The notes below the pieces were generated by a model. It searched no databases. It was not told the origin of the DNA and saw only the letters and a program-made list of their open reading frames with translations. From Podarcis muralis (lineage: Eukaryota), in contig NC_135667.1 in the NCBI RefSeq assembly GCF_964188315.1, forward strand, positions 24,986,001 through 25,050,000: a stretch of DNA of 64,000 bases, in the 5' to 3' direction. A program made the position numbers and the translations under genes. This document shows, in pieces, positions 59,111 to 64,000 of this stretch. Position 1 is the stretch's first letter. Every line of letters begins with the position of its first letter.

Positions 59111-60580
59111 TTTGTCCTTAATACATTTTGCCCTACAAAAAAACAGGCAGCATAACCAAAGTTAGTAAGGCAGAATTCTCTTTTTGTTACTCATATACCC
59201 CCCCCCCTTAAAAAGGCTACTTTTGATCTGGGGGGAAGAAAATGTCATAATTTTGACATGGGTGTTGCCCCCCACCCCCTATTTCCTCCCCATTAACAAT
59301 AACTGAACGGATTTAAAGTTTTAAGGGGGGAGAGAGATAAGTTTTATCATCTCTTAATACCAGAGAACAGCATAGTGCTGCCCGCTCTCCCCATACCAAG
59401 CTTATCCAATATACCCGTCTCTCAAATCATTAGAACTACAATAGAAGTTAAATTCTTTGAATCTTATGGCACACACATAGTGCTCAGTGAAGAGCAGTTT
59501 ATCATGTCGTGGTAGTATTGATTGGGGATGGACACATTAGATTACAAAGTCCTACTTTTCCTTCCCCAGACACAGATAACTGCTATCAATTCTGATCACA
59601 TATTTGGAGTAGGAGGCAGGGGTCTAGGAACTGTGTGAATCAAATGGCAACATTCATCCTGTCCTCGCATGGAAATAAAATTCAGTGCCCCATCCCCCAC
59701 CCCCACCCCTCTATTTTAATAGAGATGGAAAGAAATGTCAAGAAAAATACATGAACTATTTTGATTGTGAGAGCGAAAGGCACTCATTGGTTAAGTGCAG
59801 GCAGGAACAAGGAAGGCAAGAATTATGAACTGCTTAATTTTTACCTTTCAGTTGGATGACATGAGGTTGCAAAATATGAATAGGTGCTGAACAGGTTGAG
59901 GGAACATTCAGGTTAACCCCGATGATACGCCATGTGTTCAATTTGCCCTACTGAAATCCTCAGAAGCTCACTTCTCCCCCAACAGAGCCTGTTAATAAAT
60001 GCATTGCAGCCTACAGATGGCATCATACATTGTTTCTGTGGTCCCAAGAGTGCAAAAGACATTGGGAAAGAGACTACCAAACTTATTCTCAGTAGAACTG
60101 GAGGCTCTCAGGTAGTCTCTAAAGCTCATCAGGAGGGAATACGTGAAATATTGTGTGTGTTTCAAAAGGATCAGAAACTTGAAAGTAATAGTTAATGCAG
60201 ATTCAGGTTGTGAAGTCAGAATTTTGGAAATTAATTCTTCTCATTTACTTGCCTGTATATTTACTTCTATTGATACATGTGCATACTGCACAAAATACTA
60301 GAACATCACCATTCCCTGCATCAGGATGTCAGCATGCCCTCTCTATATGACCCCAGTTCAATTTCATAAAAAGGTGCGATGAAACAGCCATATCATAATG
60401 ATACGTGGCATTCTCCAGTTGTGTAAAAACTTACATAGCCCAAATAGTACCAAACAGGCACAGTAGGGAGATATCTGCATCCCTGGGTTTGTAGTTTGTG
60501 AGAGAGTGTGTGAGTTTTGTAAAAGAGACAGGGAGGGAGAGAAATTGGTACCAAATGCTGCCTGACTGTTGCAGGAAGAG

Positions 60581-60760
60581 CAGTGGCGTAGCGTGGGTTG
60601 TCAGCACCCGGGGCAAGGCAAGTAATTTGCGCCCCCTAACCCGTGGATTTGCGCCCCCTAACCTGTGGATTTGCGCCCCCTAACCCATGGATTTGCCCTA
60701 ACCCCAGATGTTGCGCCCGGTGCGGCCGGCCCCCCCTGCACCCCCCACGCTACGCCACTG
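60581..60760. mobile_element. hAT-type MITE (180 bp)
   Basis: Same family as 55776-55955, opposite orientation, 8-bp TSD AGGAAGAG. Confidence 0.93.
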
Positions 60761-60851
60761 AGGAAGAGTAGAAAACCAGAACACTGGAGGGGATTGAATG
60801 GATATCCTGGAATAGGGCAAGGACATGACTTGCTGGAACCATAATAGAAGC

Positions 60852-60855
<4 letters not shown>

Positions 60856-60896
<41 letters not shown>
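60856..60896. repeat. (CA)n microsatellite
   Basis: About 20 CA units. Confidence 0.97.
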
Positions 60897-60898
<2 letters not shown>

Positions 60899-60994
60899 TG
60901 TGTGTGAATCCCATTTATTTGTGACTGATTCTCTACAACAGAGAATTGTGTAACCACCAAAAACTGAATTGTTGCTTAAGTTTTCAAACGTAAC

Positions 60995-61860
60995 AATGAC
61001 CGCTCCCCGCTTAAAACAGGGGGCGCCCTTTGCATGGACACGTGCAGCCCCTAGATCTGGAGCGGCTCCAACAGCATAGGCTTGGCCTTGCTTTCCCTCA
61101 GGTGGGATACCTGGAGGTCTCCGCCTACCTCAGTCAGTTGTCCAATCCCACCTGGGGGAAGCGTTGCCAAGGAGACCAGGGCAGGTAGGGGAGGGATTAC
61201 CTGCCCACACAATAGAGGGAGGATCTTACCTGGGAATCCTCACTTGGCTCCAGAGCTTCTCCCACCCTACCCACCCTCAGTTAATGTCTTATTTTGCAGG
61301 TTAACTTTTCTTCACAGGTTTTGCAGGTTAACTTTTCTTCACAGGTATGCGGGCGCTGCTACGTTAAGGTCGCTGTTAAAGGGCCGGAAAGGAATTTCCC
61401 TGCATTGGCAGGTTTTGCCTTTCCCGTAGCAAAACGTCACAACTTTGGCGGTATCAGGCCTTGGGCGGAATCCTTTAGTCCATCTTCCTCTTTGCAGTGG
61501 CGATACCAGGGTTCCCCGTTAATGGGGTTTCTGAAGGGAGGCTTTGACCGTACGCCGAAAGGTCGTCATTGCTCTCCCCTGCGGCGGCGGCGTAACGGGG
61601 GCGGCTATCTCTGCTTGAACATATGTTCTCCAGAGCTGGCCCATCCCCCCCCCACACACACACTGGATAACCCTGATGCTCCCTAGGTCCCCGGCTGGGG
61701 ACTGGGGAGGGAGAACGCCCAATGCCTGAGCCAAGGTCTACCCACATTTGAAATTTAATAAAGTTGTGGCCAATTTAATCCCATAGCATGTTGTCTTGAG
61801 TCGTTATTCCACATGACGGGGGGACCGCGCAGGATCTGGGGACTCCGCCTGTCCACGCAA
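60995..61860 (+). mobile_element. Non-autonomous YR-family element
   Basis: AATGACC...CCCT-TTGCATGGACA ... aataaagttgtggcc ... TGTCCACGCAA; reverse complement of 5970-6819. Confidence 0.78.
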
Positions 61861-62444
61861 TTAAAGTTTATCACAATTAGCTTCATGAAATTCACAGCTG
61901 GATACAGTGTGATAAAAATGTTTGTTGGAAAATTATAGTTAACGAAGAAATTTAAATCGTAAAATTGATGTCTCTCAGAAATGCAATTGCATAACTGTCA
62001 TTAACCAAGTAAAACATTTTATATTGAGGTTACATTTTCTTTATCTGAGACTCACACAATAGAGTTTTCAGGTCATTCTCAGCCTCATCATTATCAAAAT
62101 TATTAATAACAGCTATATGCCCCTTTTCACAGGAACTCAGAAAGTAAAAAAAGTGGATTATAGTGTTACTGTTTTCAAACCCACTCTCTGAGGTAGCTGA
62201 GACTGTAAGACAGTATCTGTTCAAAGACTGTCCTGTGAGATTCATCACTGAGTAAATTTTTTAATGAATATCGCCTCACTGAAAGCCAGAAGCTCCACCA
62301 CACCACATTTGTTAGAGATTTCGAACAGTAACAAAGAATAGATGTTTCCCAGGAAAATGATCTACACATCTAGAAAATTCAGCTGAACCATTTCCCCACC
62401 CTTGTAGATGTGTGTACACCTTCCCACCAACCTCCCCACCTTTA

Positions 62445-63446
62445 TCAACTTCCATTATTTAATACTACACAGTGCATAGGTCCATTTTCCTGTTTCAGAA
62501 ATCTGAGCTTAATTAAGGGGGAAGTCTTTCTCCTGGCAAGATGTTTCAGGGCCTCCTTGACTTTCTTGTTTCTCAGACTATAAATGAAAGGGTTCAGCAA
62601 TGGAGTTACCACTATGTTCAGTATGCTGACTACCTTGTTCAGGTCTAAAGAGTGATTTTTTTGTGGCTGAACATACATGAAAATGCAACTCCCATAGTAG
62701 AGTGTCACCACAATTAGATGAGAAGTACACGTAGAGAATGCTTTCTGTCGTCCTTTGGCTGCAGGGATCCTAAGCACTGTTCCAATGATGAAGATATAGG
62801 ACAAACTTGTCACCAGTAATGAGCCCAGAAGCAGCAAAGCTGCACTTACAAAATCAATCATTTCAATTTTCCTTACATCAAAACAGGCCAGCTTGAGTAA
62901 GGGGTCAACATCACAAAAGAAATGTTTAATGACATTGGGTCCACAAAATGGCAGCTGGCCTATCAGGATTGTAGGTGGTAAGACTGCAAAGAAGCCCCAC
63001 ATCCAGGAGGCAGCAATAAGCTGGAGGCAAAGGCGCATGGTCATGATGGCTGCATATCTCAGTGGGTTGCAAATGGCAAGATAGCGGTCAAACGACATGA
63101 CAGCCAAAAGGAAGAACTCACTGGAACCTGCTGAGAAGAAAATGTAGGCTTGCAAGATACAACTATGGACGGAGATGGATTTTCTCTGACTCATGAAGTT
63201 GACTAGCATTTTGGGGATAACTGTGGTGGTGTAGAGAGCCTCCAAAATAGACAAGTTGGCAATGAACATGTACATTGGGCTATGAAGGCTGTTCTCACAG
63301 CACACCAAGGTAATAATGATAAAGTTGCCTACCATAGCAACAGTGTAGGTGATGAAGAATAAAGTGAAGAGTACTGGTTCATCCACCTTAGTATCAGAGA
63401 AACCTAAGAGGATGAATTCAGTTACAATCGTTGTCTGGTTCCTCAT
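62445..63446 (-). CDS. Olfactory receptor, family 6-like (333 aa)
   Basis: LHSPMYMFIANLS.LE, EFFLLAVMSFDRYLAICNPLRY, LPFCGPNVIKHFFCD, GRQKAFSTCTSHL, YGSCIFMYV. Confidence 0.93.
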   Translation of the reverse strand: MRNQTTIVTEFILLGFSDTKVDEPVLFTLFFITYTVAMVGNFIIITLVCCENSLHSPMYMFIANLSILEALYTTTVIPKMLVNFMSQRKSISVHSCILQAYIFFSAGSSEFFLLAVMSFDRYLAICNPLRYAAIMTMRLCLQLIAASWMWGFFAVLPPTILIGQLPFCGPNVIKHFFCDVDPLLKLACFDVRKIEMIDFVSAALLLLGSLLVTSLSYIFIIGTVLRIPAAKGRQKAFSTCTSHLIVVTLYYGSCIFMYVQPQKNHSLDLNKVVSILNIVVTPLLNPFIYSLRNKKVKEALKHLARRKTSPLIKLRFLKQENGPMHCVVLNNGS

Positions 63447-64000
63447 TGTGATGTGCTGCTGAAACAGTCACTTGAGGAAATGGAGAGATGGGTAGCAGCT
63501 GGGCAGTCAAATTCTTTTTCCACTCTGAAATTTTAGATAAGATAAGACAGGCATGAAAACTGAGTTTGAGAAGCATGGAAGAGTCCATATGGCATTCCCA
63601 GTCGGACCATGCATGGAGAAATCAATTATGCTTGTTTAAACTAAGGGAAAGGAGGGAAGAGAAAAGTATTGAAAGAACCAAAACTGGAATTCTATGTTTC
63701 ATGAATGCAAAACATTTGCCCTCTATCAAATTAAACAATAGAAATGTGCAATAAGGCCAATATTTCATTTTTAAACATAAATAAATAAAATAAAACACTT
63801 TAGAGAGTGTTAAACATGTTTATCACCCATTAATTTCAAATGCAAGACATGTGAGTAATTCCCTAAATGTTCCAGTTTAAAATCAATGGTACTGAAAAGC
63901 ACTAATTGATAACCTGACTCTTATTATTTAATTCATCCAACATGCCCCCAGCTTCTGTTTTAAACTCTTACCGTTGGAATATTTTAATAAAATAAATACA

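Noticed and set aside
62130-62310. Possible reverse-oriented CORE-SINE remnant
   Set aside because: Similarity is too weak to support by eye.

Overview
Eukaryotic DNA from a squamate reptile, probably a lacertid lizard (inferred from recognised SINE/MITE sequences, not a database search). The window is an olfactory receptor (OR) cluster with all genes on the minus strand. It holds 11 intact single-exon ORs: 10 family-14-like in three subtypes (317 aa x3, 311 aa x4, 330 aa x3) and one family-6-like, plus five OR pseudogene fragments. The cluster is built from nested tandem duplications: an old ~12-15 kb two-gene cassette, a ~5 kb duplication with a 5-bp microhomology break inside an OR CDS, and a ~12 kb blunt-junction duplication (31228-43103 / 43104-55468). 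Intergenic DNA is rich in transposons: Tc1/pogo-type and hAT MITEs, tRNA-derived SINEs, L1 fragments, LTRs, and a Penelope element carrying a minimal hammerhead ribozyme. The most interesting system is a tyrosine-recombinase (DIRS/Ngaro-order) retroelement family. Two coding copies carry YR followed by an ATG-less SGNH hydrolase exon behind a strong splice acceptor. Several non-coding relatives share AA-bounded termini and a short offset inverted repeat that would fold the circle junction into a hairpin. All coordinates and alignments were read by eye.
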